Assembly (NCBI GenBank): GCA_038087875.1
Contig: JAXLNO010000655.1
Location: forward strand, 372,001 to 436,000
DNA from: Malacoraja senta
Taxonomy: Eukaryota
Reading direction: 5' to 3'
DNA length: 64,000 nucleotides
In this document: piece by piece, positions 1 through 11,981 of the stretch
Position numbering within the stretch: position 1 is the first letter of the stretch
How the letters are laid out: each line of letters begins with the position of its first letter
The notes under the pieces: model-generated
Database searches by the model: none
What the model was told of the DNA's origin: nothing
What the model saw: only the letters and a program-made list of their open reading frames with translations
Translations under genes and position numbers: made by a program

Positions 1-496
1 ATCAAACTGAGCAACCATTTTTCCCAAAGCAATATCCCACAAACAGCAATTAGATGGATATTGACCAGTTCATCTCCTTCAGGTTGTATGGGCTGAGGGA
101 TATTAGAGCAGTGGTGTCCCAGATGATTTACAATTTGATTCCTGTGAAGTATCAACCACTCACCACTGCCCATCAATGCAGAATACATGTTTGTAATGGG
201 TGTTTTTATTACTGATATATCCACTGTTTGCCGTTTTACCTGTTGGTTTGCAATTGAACCGTGAATTCCATGACGCCTCCCTCCTCAGTATGATCCACAG
301 TTTATAAAATACTTTTGAGGAGCAGTCAATGTGTATTGTGTGGATCAGTACGCAGCAATCTCCAACGTTCTTGTGCTGGAAACAGGAACAGTACAGCACA
401 AGAACGGGACTTCAGCCTTATATATCTCTGCCGTACATGATGCCAAGTTAAACCAATCCCTTCTGCCTGCATATAATCCATATTTAGTTTAGTTTG

Positions 497-710
497 GGAA
501 GGAACTGCAGATGCTGGTTTAAACCGAAGATCGACACAAATTGCTGAAGTGACGCAGCGGGACAGGCAGCATCTCTGGAGAGAAAGAATGGGTGACGTTT
601 CGGGTCGAGACCCGTCTGAAGAAGGGTCTTGACCCGAAACGTCACCCATTCCTTCTCTCCAGAGATGCTGCCTGTCCCGCTGAGGTACCCCAGCATTTTG
701 TGTCTATCTT
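497..710. mobile_element. Palindromic Penelope terminal-repeat-derived element with hammerhead-like core
   Basis: Inverted arms ~529-613 and ~622-710 around GTCTGAAGAA; core CTGAAGA-AGGGTCTTGACCC-GAAAC-GTC at 616-643. The same repeat is attached to GIY-YIG coding remnants at 33468-33970. Confidence 0.75.
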
Positions 711-1018
711 TAGTTTAGTTTAGTTTAGCTTAGAGATACCACGCGGAAACAGGCCCTTCGGCCCACTGAGCACAACAACCAGTGACCCCCGCGCATTAAT
801 ACTATCCTGCACACACTAGGGACAATTTTTACATTTGTACCAAGCCATTTAACCTATAAATCCTGTACGTCCTTGGAGTGTGGGAGATCTCGGAGAAAAC
901 CCGCGCGGTCAAGGGCACAAACTTACAAACTCCTTACAGACAGCACCCGTGGTCGGGGTCAAACCAGGGTCTCCGGAGCAGTAAGCGCTGTAAGGCTGCA
1001 ACTCTACCGCTGCACCAG
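711..1018 (-). mobile_element. tRNA-derived V-SINE (HE1-like); one of dozens of copies in the window
   Basis: Minus strand has a tRNA-like head, the V-domain (GGAGTTTGTA..GGGTTTTCTCC..CTCCCACACTCCAA), a CR1-like tail GGGCCGAAGGGCCTGTTTCC and an (CTAAA)n end. Confidence 0.85.
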
Positions 1019-1151
1019 CTCTCGAATTATGCATATCCATGTGCCTATCCAAAAGCCTCTTAAATACCAGTATCATACCTGCCTCCACCACCTCCCCCTT
1101 CCATGCACCAATCCACACACTGTGTAAAGAATTTGCCCCTGCACACCTCCT

Positions 1152-1280
1152 TTGGTTTTGATCAATACATTGGCCTGGGCACCAGGAAGAACTCTCTTGG
1201 TCTGTTTTGACATGTCCACTAGGGATCTCTGTTCACCATCTGAGATTAAGGGGTCTTGGTTTAAGGTCACATCATGGAAG
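1152..1280 (+). mobile_element. Degenerate Deu-domain SINE fragment (SacSINE1/AmnSINE1-like)
   Basis: CATTGGCCTGGGCACCAGGAAGAACTC...GGGATCTCT...CTTGGTTTAAGGTCACATC resembles the Deu domain as I recall it. Related 3' pieces at ~8660-8770 and ~52085-52245. Confidence 0.5.
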
Positions 1281-1789
1281 CCGTACATTCCACTGAACAT
1301 TCAGGACAGGGGTCATTTCTCATGGCCTCATTGGAACCAGCAGCGGGGACACAATATTACATCTGCTTTCCTGCAGTTATCAGACTCCTGAATGGACCTC
1401 TCATAAGCTAAGGATGAATCCCCAAAGATAGATACAAATCCTGACAACGGATGCTGTCTGCACGGAGTCTGTACGTTCACACCATGACACGCGAGGGTTT
1501 TCTCTGGGTGATCCTCCCGCACTCCAAAGACGTACAGGTATTTAAGTTAATTGGCTTTGGTAAAAAGTGTAAATTGTCCCTAGTGTGCAGGATAGTGCAC
1601 GTGTACACTGGTCGGCATTGACTCAGTGGGTCGAAGGGCCTGTTCCTGCGCTGTATCTCTAAAATCTAAAGTCTAAAACATCGCCTATCCATGTACTCCA
1701 AAAATGCTGCCTGACCCACTGAGTTACTCCAGCACTTTGTGTCTTTTTCTTAATGTAAACCAGCATCTGGAGTTCCTTGTGTCTACATC

Positions 1790-2175
1790 CCAGGAAGAGT
1801 CGCACTCCCTCTTCTCCCCTCTCCCATTGGTCCAAATGTGAAGAAGTGTGAAAACGCACACCTCCAGATTCAGGAACAGATTCTTCCCAGCTGTTATCAG
1901 TCAACTGAACCACCCTACCACAACTAGAGAGCGGTCCTGAGCCACTATCCACCCCATTGGAGACCCTCGGACTTTCTTTGATTGGACTTTACTGGCTTTA
2001 TCTTGCACTAAAGGGAATATTCACATTATTCTCTTCATCATGTATATGTACACTGTGTATGCCTCGATTGTAATCCTGTATTGTCGTTCTGCTGACTGGA
2101 AGGCACGCAACAAAAGCTTTTCACTGTACCTCGGTACACTTGACAAACAAACTAAACTCAAACAAACTCAAACTC
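1790..2175 (+). mobile_element. Rex1/Babar-clade LINE 3' end (related copies ~49345-50110 minus, ~56530-57045 plus)
   Basis: Degenerate coding end (paralogue at 49563-49796 reads HSLFSPLPSGKMYRSVKTHTCRFRDSFFPAV), then a 3' UTR ending GACAAACAAACTAAACTC. Confidence 0.65.
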
Positions 2176-2210
2176 AGGCAACACCCTGGTGAATCTCCTC
2201 TGCATCCTTT

Positions 2211-2600
2211 CATATAAAATTATAAAAAGACTGGACAAGCTAGATGCAGGAAAAATGTTCCCAATGTTGGGCGAGTCCAGAACCAGGGGCCACAGTCTTA
2301 GAATAAAGGGGAGGTCATTTAAGACTGAGGTGAGAAAATTTTTTTTCACCCAGAGAGTTGTGATTCTGTGGAATTCCCAGCCACAGATGGCAGTGGAGGC
2401 CAAGTCACTGGATGGATTTAAGAGAGAGTTAGATAGAGCTCTAGGGGCTAGTGGAGTCAAGGGCTATGGGGAGAAGGCAGGCACAGGTTATTGATAGGGG
2501 ACGATCAGCCAATGATCACAATGATTGGTGCTGCTGGCTCGAAGGGCCGAATGGCCTCCTCCTGCACCTATTTTCTATGTTTCTATGTTTCTATGTTTCT
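2211..2600 (+). mobile_element. 5'-truncated CR1 LINE nested in an older minus-strand CR1
   Basis: ORF 2189-2494 has the CR1 ORF2 C-terminus (RTRGHSLRI...FFTQRVV.LWNS); (GTTTCTAT)n tail. The flanks 2177-2210 and 2601-2665 join into an opposite-strand CR1. Confidence 0.85.
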
Positions 2601-3856
2601 TTCCAATGCCATCAGATCCTTCCTGCAGTGAGGAGGCCAGAGCTGCACACAGTACACCAAGTCACGACCTAATTAGTGGCCACGTTCTGTGATAGAGCTT
2701 GATTATATACTCTGCCGTCTGCACCATTACATTCCCTCACTTGTGTACCGAGGCAAACCAGCAATGCTAATGTGGGAGATGCAGAAATGAGGGGAAGTCA
2801 CTGCTAATCCAAAGACTAATGACCCGTGGGAATAAGTTCAAAGCATGAACTGTGGAATCTAGACTCAGTTGATGAAGCAACCCAACTAATTAGTAGCAAT
2901 GATTGTTAAGTTTCAAACTGAAGCAATTCTTGTGCTTTGCAGAGAAGCCTCAATGCGATCTGTTGGTCCTCCAACCATGTTGGGCCGATTCAGCATGGGA
3001 ACACCGAGTCCGTGCCGACCAGCTATCACCCCGTCCACTAGCACTGCCCTACACACTAGGGACAATTTACAGTTTTACAGAAGCCAATTAACCTACAAAC
3101 CTGTACGTCTTTGGAGTGTGGGAGGAAACCGGAGCACCCGGGGAAAACCTACACGGTCACGGGGAGAACGTACAAACTCCGCACAGACAGCACCTGAGGT
3201 CGGCGTCGAACCTGGGTCTCCTGCGCTGTGAGGCAGCAACTCTACCGCTGTGCCATCGTGTCGCCCCAAGTCCTGTGACTTGAACCGACTCACTCACCCT
3301 TCAACCCACTGGCCTTTCCCAAGAAGATCGGGAACTCTTGCCCATGGGCCAACTGATTGGAGTTCATTAGGAAGGGATGTGTTCGAGGATAGGCCTAACC
3401 TCGAGGGACGCAGATGGGATGCAGACATGAATTTCAAGCCACGGTATCTCTCACCAAATTTTTGCCCTCTCCCCGCCCTCGGATGTGGTCTGGGTATCGA
3501 ACATTCACTGCACATATGCGCCCACGCAATCTATTAAATTAGAGACGGCACGTACAATCGCAAACGTCAGGCATTACGCTTCTGCCTCCACTTAACTGTA
3601 CACCATTACAATAGCAAGAAACTCTCAGCACCAATTTAGCAGTGGCAAGCCGCAGTCTAATCTTCATCACCCAAGGAACAATTCATCCCTTAACAACATC
3701 AGTCTGTGCAGACTTAAGAATAACTTATTAAAGGAACATCGGCAGAACAAAATATCAGGCATTGTATGATAGGATGACGTTAGTATTAATGCTGTTACTG
3801 CAAAAGGCTGCTTTATATATATATATATATATATGTATATGGATAGATAGATATGT

Positions 3857-4236
3857 GTGCGGTCTGCGGTGCTTCTGGCTGGGGCGCGGCGGGAACTTTA
3901 AATCTTCGGCCGCCAGCCTGCGCCTACACCAACTTGAAGCCGCGGTCTCTGGTGGGGAAGGGCCGATTCTGGACTTACCTGGACTTTCACTCATCTGGAT
4001 GCCCGCAGCGGTGGCTGCGGAGGGTTGCGGTCTCGACCACGGGGGGAAATGGAGGAGGACTGGCCAAATGTTGTGCCTTCCACCACAGTGATGAATGCTG
4101 TGGTGGATGTTTGTGTCGAATGTTTATTGTGTTTTTGTGTGTTCTTTTCTCATTGTACCGCTGCTGGCAAATTCATTTCACTTGCACTTTATGCGCAAGT
4201 GACGAATAAAACTGATTGTTGTTGATTGCTGATTGT
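3857..4236 (+). mobile_element. CpG-rich non-autonomous retroelement (inverted copy ~49095-49320; related element ~62630-63350)
   Basis: Shared block TGCCTTCCA(C/T)CACAGTGA...CTGTGGTGGATGTTT; tail GTGACGAATAAAA followed by a TGAT-type microsatellite; no ORF. Confidence 0.6.
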
Positions 4237-4299
4237 TGTGTGTGTATATATATTTATATATATATATATTTATACGCGCGCGCACGCACGCACACACAT
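4237..4299. repeat. Compound (GT)/(TA)/(CG)/(CA) microsatellite
   Basis: Mostly alternating purine-pyrimidine tract. A second (TA)n tract lies at ~3814-3840. Confidence 0.9.
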
Positions 4300-5160
4300 A
4301 AATAAAGCAGTATCTCTCTCTGCCTCCGGATTATATCTATGATCCTTCCAGGAATCCTTCTAATTATTAAACTGAGAGAAAAGGTCAAACTGGGTACAAG
4401 TGACTGAAGGAATTTATTTGCTCATGGTCTGTTCTCTGCACACAGTTGAAATTGCTTGTCCCCAGACTGGCTTCAATAAAACAGTCATTCCATGGATGTT
4501 AGCTCTGCGCTCAAAAAAACCTGGCTCGGGCTCCAGAAACTCATCATTTCAGCCACTTAAGCAAACAACGTTGGCCGGGACAGAGACAACGCCGAGGGAA
4601 TACCGGAGGGAGGCAGGGCTCCGTCTTTCATGTGGGTGGATAATATTGGGCCGACCTGCTCTCTAAAATGGATGCAAAGCGCAGAGAGACGAAAGGGTAG
4701 ACACAAGAAAAATGCAGATGCTGAAATCCTCAGCAAACACAAAGCGCTGGAGGAACTCAGCGGGTCAGGCAGCATCCGTGGAGGGAAATGGAAAGACAAC
4801 GTTTTTGTCCGGGATCCTTCTTCAGACTGATGGAGTAGGGGGAAGAGAGCTGAAATAAAACAAGGCTGGTGTCGGGGCAAAGCCTGGTAAGTGATAGGTG
4901 GATACAGGTAAGGATGGTTCTGGGTGGAATAAGTGCAGTGGTGGAGTTGCCGCCTGACAGCGCCAGGAACCTGGTTTCGATCCTGACGACGAGTGCTGTC
5001 TGAATGGAGTTTGTACGTTAGACCTGTGACAGGGTGGGTTTTCTCCGGGTGCTCCGGTTTTCTCTCACACTCCAAAGACGTACAGGCTTGTAGGTTAACT
5101 GGTTTTGGTTAGTTGTAAAATTGTCCCTTGCATGTACGATAATGTAAGTGTATGGGGTGC

Positions 5161-7877
5161 ATGGTTGCAGGAGGACTGTGATTGGAAACTAAATATTCCA
5201 GGATTTCGTTGCTTCAGGGGTGATAGAATTGGAGGGGCAAGAGGTGGGGGTGTTGCATTGCTTGTCAAGGAAGATATTACTGCAGTGCTTTGGCAGGATA
5301 GATTAGAGGGCTCGTCTAGGGAGGCTATTTGGGTGGAGCTGAGAAATGGGAAAGGTGTAGCAACACTTATAGGGGTGTATTATAGACCGCCAAATGGGGA
5401 GCGAGAATTGGAAGAGCAAATATGTAAGGAGATAGCAGATATTAGTAGTAAGCACAAGGTAGTGATTGTGGGAGATTTCAATTTTCCACACATAGACTGG
5501 GAAACACATTCTGTAAAAGGGCTGGATGGTTTGGAGTTTGTAAAATGTGTGCAGGATAGTTTTTTGCAGCAATACATAGAGGTGCCTACTAGAGAAGGGG
5601 CAGTGCTGGACCTCCTGTTAGGAAATGAGACCGGGCAGGTGGCGGAGGTAAGCGTTGGGGAGCACTTCGGGTCCAGTGATCACAATACCATTAGTTTCAA
5701 TATAATTATGGAGAGGGTCAGAACTGGACCTAGGCTTGAGATTTTTGATTGGAGAAAGGCTAACTTTGAGGAGATGCGAAAGGATTTAAAAGGAGTGAAT
5801 TGGGACATGTTGTTTTATGGGAAGGATGTAGAAGAGAAATGGAGGACATTTAAAGGTGAAATTTTAAGAGTACAGAATCTTTATGTCCCTGTTCGGTTGA
5901 AAGGAAATAGTAAAAATTGGAAAGAGCCATGGTTTTCAAGGGAAATTGGACACTTGGTTCGGAAAAAGAGAGAGATCTACAATAATTATAGGCAGCATGG
6001 AGTAAATGAGGTGCTTGAGGAGTATAAAGAATGTAAAAAGAATATTAAGAAAGAAATTAGAAAAGCTAAAAGAAGATATGAGGTTGCTTTGGCAAGTAAG
6101 GTGAAAGTAAATCCAAAGGGTTTCTACAGCTATATTAATAGCAAAAGGATAACAAGGAATAAAATTGGTCCATTAGAGAGTCAGAGTGGACAGCTATCGG
6201 CAGAGCCAAAAGAGATGGGGGAGATACTGAACAATTTCTTTTCTTCGGTATTCACCAAGGAGAAGGATATGGAATTATGTGAGGTAAGGGAAACAAGCAG
6301 AGTAGCAATGGAAAGTATGAGATTCAAAGAAGAGGAGGTGCGGACACTTTTGAAAAAATATGAAAACGGATAAGTCTCCAGGTCCTGACAGGATATTCCC
6401 GAGGACATTGAGGGAAGTTAGTGTAGAAATAGCAGGGGCTATGACAGAAATATTTCAAATGTCATTAGAAACGGGAATAGTGCCGGAGGATTGGCGTACT
6501 GCGCATGTTGTTCCGTTGTTTAAAAAGGGTTCTAAGAGTAAACCTAGCAATTATAGACCTGTTAGTTTGACGTCAGTGGTGGGCAAATTAATGGAAAGGA
6601 TACTTAAAGATAATATATATAAGCATCTGGATAAGCAGGGTCTGATTAGGAACAGTCAACATGGATTTGTGCCTGGATGGTCATGTTTGACTAATCTTCT
6701 AGAATTTTTCGAAGAGCTTACTAGGGAAATTGATGAGGGTAAAGCAGTGGATGTTGTCTATATGGACTTCAGTAAGGCCTTTGACAAGGTTCCTCATGGA
6801 AGGTTGGTTAAGAAGATTCAATTGTTGGATATTAATGGTGGAGTAGCAAGATGGATTCAACAGTGGCTGAATGGGAAATGCCAGAGAGTAATGGTGGATG
6901 GCTGTTTGTCAGGTTGGAGGCCGGTGACTAGTGGGGTGCCTCAGGGGTCTGTGTTGGGTCCACTGTTGTTTGTCATGTACATCAATGATCTGGATGATGG
7001 TGTGGAAAATTGGATTAGTAAGTATGCAGATGATACTAAGATAGGTGGTGTGGTGGATAATGAAGTAGATTTTCAAAGTCTACAGAGAGATTTAGGCCAT
7101 TTGGAAGAGTGGGCTGAAAGATGGCAGATGGAGTTTAATGCTGATAAATGCGAGGTACTACATCTCGGCAGGACAAATCAAAATAGGACGTACATGGTAA
7201 ATGGTAGAGAATTGAGGAATGCAGTTGAACAGAGGGATCTAGGAATAACTGTGCATAGTTCCCTGAAGGTGGAATCTCATGTAGATAGGGTGGTAAAGAA
7301 AGCTTTTGGTGTGCTGGCCTTTATAAATCAGAGCATTGAACATAGAAGTTGGGATGTAATGTTAAAATTGTACAAGGCATTGGTGAGGCCAATTCTGGAG
7401 TATGGAGTACAATTTTGGTCGCCTAATTATAGGAAGGATGTCAACAAAATAGAGAGAGTACAGAGGAGATTTACTAGAATGTTGCCTGGGTTTCAGCAAC
7501 TAAGTTACAGAGAAAGGTTGAACAAGTTAGGTCTTTATTCTTTGGAGCGCAGAAGGTCAAGAGGGGACTTGATAGAGGTCTTTAAAATTATGAGCGGGTT
7601 AGACAGAGTTGACGTGGATAAGCTTTTTCCATTGAGAGTAGGGAAGATTCAAACAAGGGGACATGACTTGAGAATTAAGGGACAGAAGTTTAGGGGTAAC
7701 ATTAGGGGGAACTTCTTTACTCAGAGAGTGGTAGCTGTGTGGAATGAGCTTCCAGTGGAAGTGGTGGAGGCAGGTTCGATTTTATCCTTTAAAAATAGAT
7801 TGGATGGGTATATGGACGGGAAAGGAATGGAGGGTTATGGTCTGAGTGCAGGTAGATGGGACTAGGGGGAAGTATTT

Positions 7878-7908
<31 letters not shown>

Positions 7909-7978
7909 AAATGTTCGGCACGGACTTGGAGGGCCGAGATGGCCTGTTTCCGTGCTGTAATGGTTATATGGTTATATG
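5161..7978 (+). mobile_element. Young CR1 LINE, 5'-truncated within the endonuclease
   Basis: About 2.7 kb of ORF2, then a 3' UTR containing (TATT)n and an (ATGGTTAT)n tail. Confidence 0.95.
5162..7865 (+). pseudogene. CR1 ORF2 (APE endonuclease + reverse transcriptase), one +1 frameshift at A-run 6353-6358
   Basis: APE motifs GGGVALL, YRPP, VGDFNFP, LDLLL, SDHN; RT motifs NYRPVSL, QHGF, YMDFSKAFD, GVPQGSVLGP, YADD; no internal stops. Confidence 0.93.
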
Positions 7979-9177
7979 ATCCCAGGTCGGCACAGCCTTG
8001 GTGGGCCGAAGGGCCTATTTCCATGCTGTATCTTTGAAGTCTAAAGTAATGTCTAAAGTGACAAAGGATGGAAGTGAAAATGATATAAAACGGCATCAGA
8101 CACAGAGAGAAGAGGAGGAAAGAAATGTAAAGATGGAGGGGGGGGGGGGGGGGGGGATGGGAGGGAGGGACATGGGTGAAAGGGGAGAGGAAAGTGAAAA
8201 AGAGGTCAAAGGAGAAATGAAGGATTCGGGGATGGGAAATGTGTGTACGAAGGAGGGGAAAAGAGTAGTTTAGTTTAATTAGTTTAGTTTAGAGATACAG
8301 AGCGGAAACAGGCCCTTCAGCCCACAGAGTCCGTACCGACCGGCGATCCCTGCACATTAACACCACCCTACACACACTAGGGACAATTTTACTTTTTCAC
8401 CAAGCCAATTAACCTGCAAACGTGTAAGTCTTTGGAGTGAAGATTGACACAAAATGCTAGACACAAGATGGACACAAAATAACTCAGCAGGACAGGCAGC
8501 ATCTCTGGATAGAAGGAATAATGGGTGACGTTTTGGGTTGAGACCCTTCTTCAGTCTTTGGAGTGGACTGGAGTGGACACGGAGTAGGGTTGCTGACGGA
8601 CCGGAGCTGATGAAGAAAATCTCTGGAGTATTTGTTCCATGCCTTGCTTCACATTTATCCCTTTGCCACTCAGATAGTTACCATATTGTGGTTTGCGAAA
8701 TCTCTCTGTGCACAGACTGATCGCCATGTTTCTCATTGAACTACAGTGACTACTCTTCAAAACAGTCCAGTAATTTCGGTGGTCACCAGAGTCCAGCGCT
8801 CTCTCATGTACAAGAAGTCTCAGAAAGTTTGAGGCAAGGCAGACTTTAACTATGGTGCATCTTTCCAGCCAGCAGATTTGAGAACATTTGGTTCAGGTTT
8901 AATGCTGGCATTGTAACATTACTATCAGAGTCTGGGCTCAAGGACATAACTCTTATTAAGAAGCTCCCCACCTCCTGTCACCACAAAACAACAATATAAA
9001 TGATTCCAACTTATTTCATGGTTAATCACTCGCATTCTTATTTTCAACGTCCGCCATGGTTTTAACTCCTCCTTGTCGCTGTCCCAATAAAACCCTTCAC
9101 CCCATGAGGTCCTTGTGTCTCCCTCCCTAATTGTGGGGCCCGTGAACATCCGTTCCCCTCAAGCCACAATTTTAACT

Positions 9178-9428
9178 GTGTAGGAAGGAACTGCAGATGC
9201 TGGTTTACACCGAAGATAGACACAAAAAGCTGGAGTAAACTCAACCGGTCAGGCAGCATCTCTGGAGAAAAGGAATAGGTGACGTTTCGGATCGAGACTC
9301 TTCTTCGGACGGTTCCGACCTGAAACGTCACCTGTTCCTTTTCTCCTTTTGCTGCCTGACCTGCTGAGTTACTCCAGCATTTTGTGTCTTTCTTCAGTGT
9401 AAATCAGTATCTGCAGTTCCTTCCTACT
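9178..9428. mobile_element. Palindromic Penelope terminal-repeat element
   Basis: Begins GTAGGAAGGAACTGCAGATGCTGG and ends ATCTGCAGTTCCTTCCTAC; inverted arms. Confidence 0.75.
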
Positions 9429-9779
9429 CAGTAAGGCATCTACCTATCTAATAATATTGAATGCAGCAAGCTCCTAATCAATAACCACCTGGTGCGGATT
9501 AGCCGCCATGTTTTCTGCATTACAACAGCGATCATGACTCTATCATTGGCCCTAAAGAGCACTGGAACATCCGGAGATTGAAAGGGCTCTGAAAATGGCT
9601 CCTTCCCTCTCACTGTGGTATTCAGTGAATGAACCATTAGTGAAGGCGGCCCAGTCACTGCATCGCGGGGCTTTTCTCCTTTGTAGCACAGGAGCTGATC
9701 CTCACCATCATCGTCATCGTTGAAAACATCAACGGGCACGGCGCCTTACAATGCTACGTACGACAGTGATCGCAACTTC

Positions 9780-9960
9780 TACTGAAGTGTGTTCGGCTGT
9801 TGGCTCGCTAGGAGCTCATCCGCCCTTTGACAGGTCTTGTGTTTGGTCCTGCTGGCAAACCAGGTGGGGGGAGACGGTTTAGTCACGACCATCCGACCAT
9901 GGAGCATGTCGCACGGGATTACATGGTACCCGTGGAGGGGCGGGGAAAAACTCCCCCCAA
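9780..9960 (-). mobile_element. Possible RTE-clade LINE 5' UTR fragment
   Basis: CCTGTCAAAGGGCGGATGAGCTCC...CCAACAGCC resembles RTE 5' leaders as I recall them; no ORF attached. Confidence 0.35.
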
Positions 9961-10791
9961 CCTGACTGAAAGCTGAGGGTGACCTTATTAAGGTGTGGCA
10001 GCATGAGGGGCATGGATAAAGTGAACGCTCACAGTCATTTTCCTATTACATTGTGAATGGCTCCATTGTAATCATGTATCGTCTTTCCGCTGACTGGTTA
10101 GCACGCAACAAAAGCTTTTCACTGTACCCCGGTATACGTGATAATAAACTAAACTGAAATGAACTGAGGGCAGTGGTTTCTAAAACAAGAGGGCACAGGC
10201 TTAAGGTGAGAGGGGAGAGAATTAAGGGGGGTTGGGGCAAGGAGCAACTTTTCACTCAAGGGTAGTCCTTACCGGAACAAGTTGCCAGAGGAAGGCTATA
10301 GAAGTGGATACAATTATGACTTTTAAAAGACATTTGGACAGATATTTGGATGGGATGGATTTAGAAAGATATGACTGGAGGAAACATATGTCATTGGGGA
10401 AGAACGTGCAGGGAAATGGGACAACCCAGTCAAGGACAAGATTCATTTGCATTTTAGCTACTTATTCAATCCTTTTCACACCGTTGCTTAGCCAGACTTC
10501 CCCGCGGCAAGTTATCCGGGTTGCAACACTGAGTTCACCAAAGGCTAATTATTGTCTTTGGAAAAACTCTCCAACCACATCTGCTCCTCTCATTATCTGA
10601 ACATCTCCTCCATGTTAGCTGAGGGTCAGGTCGATGAGCAGACCACCACGGGCTTCTCTCTTCTCCGGTTATTATTTTTAATCTCCCTCCCGCATGCAAC
10701 GTGTTGGAGATGAGAACTGGGGGTATCCCGCACTGACTGGTTGGGGAACAGGGAGCCGTTTCACATAACTCCTGTTCCGCTTTATTCCCGA

Positions 10792-11100
10792 GGGCAGCAC
10801 GGTGGCGCAGCTGGTGGAGTTCCTGCCTTACAGCGCCAGAGACCCGGGTTCGATCCTGACTACGGGTGCTGTCTGTACGGAGTTTGCACGTTCTCCCTGT
10901 GACCACGTGGGTTTTCTCCGGGTGCTCCGGTTGCCTCCCACACTCCAAAGACGTACAGGTTTGGGGGTTAATTGGCTCCCATAAAGTGTAAATTGTCCCT
11001 AGTGTGTAGGATGGTGTTAGTGTATGGGGCGATCTCTGGACGGTGCTGACTCGGTTGCCCAAAGGGCCTGTTTCCACCCTATTACTAAAGTAAAGTCTAA
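10792..11100 (+). mobile_element. Full-length V-SINE (HE1-like)
   Basis: A-box GGTGGCGCAGCTGG, B-box GGTTCGATCC, V-domain and CR1-like tail. Confidence 0.9.
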
Positions 11101-11981
11101 GGTTTGAATCCTCCCGATCAAAATAATTCTCTAATGTTGAGGAAAGAGGAGGAGGGAGGGGAGGAATGGAACGGCAATAGTGGATTGGGATTAGACAATG
11201 TGAATGCCAATTTCTGTTGCCAACCTACTGGATCCATTCCATGCCGATTTAAAATGAACTTAAGAACGTCAGAAAGTAACAAACAGGATAGGGACCTACT
11301 GTATGAATCCATAACCAGCAGGCACAGGAAACTGCAGATGCTGGAATGTTGAGCAAAAAAAAAAAAGTGCTGGCAGACCTCAGTAGGTCAGACAGCATCT
11401 GCGAAGGGAAATGGGCAGATTACATTTTGGGTCGAGACCTTTCTACAGATCCTTCTTTAGTCTGAAGAGGGGTCCCTACCTGAAACGCTGTCTTTCCACT
11501 TCCCTCCTCAGATGCTGCCTAACCCACTGAGATTCTCCAGCTCTGTATTTTGCTCTGGATCACTCACCATCCAGTCTACCTGTCCAGTCATCTACCTGTC
11601 ACTCACCATCCAGTCATGTTGGTCCACCTGAAAGGTAGGTCTTCCAGTGCAATGAGATGAACGTAACTTATCTGCCGGACGTGTTCCAGGCTGCAAGAGC
11701 ATGTGCTAAGGGATGCATTACAGCTCGGTGCAAAGTTAATGCAGAGGCTTTGTGTGGAAGCACTGTAATCTAAAGTCCTGCCATATCGCAATTATATATA
11801 CTTCTGTAGGACCATCATTCAGCCTCTTCTGTTCCAGAGGCAACAAGCCCAGTCTATCCAACCTCTCACTATAACTAAAGTCTTCCAATCCAGGTATCAT
11901 CCTGGTGCATTTCTTCTGCACTCTCTCCAGCCCAATCACATTCTTCCCGCAGTCCGGTGACCAGAAATGCACCAAGCGCGG

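Larger units (their letters stand above)
4927..8050 (+). mobile_element. V-SINE split by the CR1 insertion (4927-5160 and 7978-8050)
   Basis: SINE head and V-domain end at GTGTATGGGGTG (5160). The SINE resumes GATCCCAGGTCGGCAC...GGGCCGAAGGGCC after the LINE tail. Confidence 0.8.

Noticed and set aside
2177..2215. Apparent 5' inversion (twin priming) of a CR1
   Set aside because: The minus-strand piece continues after 2600, so it is a nested insertion in an older CR1.
8138..8170. Poly-G / G-quadruplex-like runs (also ~12857, 23380, 40100)
   Set aside because: Simple homopolymer tracts mostly within repeats, error-prone in assembly; no functional context.
9440..9739. 99-aa ORF with an acidic DDDD stretch
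   Set aside because: No recognisable domain or convincing splice context.
10792..10865. tRNA gene
   Set aside because: The A/B boxes belong to a V-SINE head that continues into the V-domain and LINE tail.
11607..11690. 84-bp minus-strand exon candidate (CAG...ATG|GTGAGT)
   Set aside because: Weak polypyrimidine tract, unrecognised peptide, and the donor sits in a small local duplication (TCACTCACCATCCAGTC twice).
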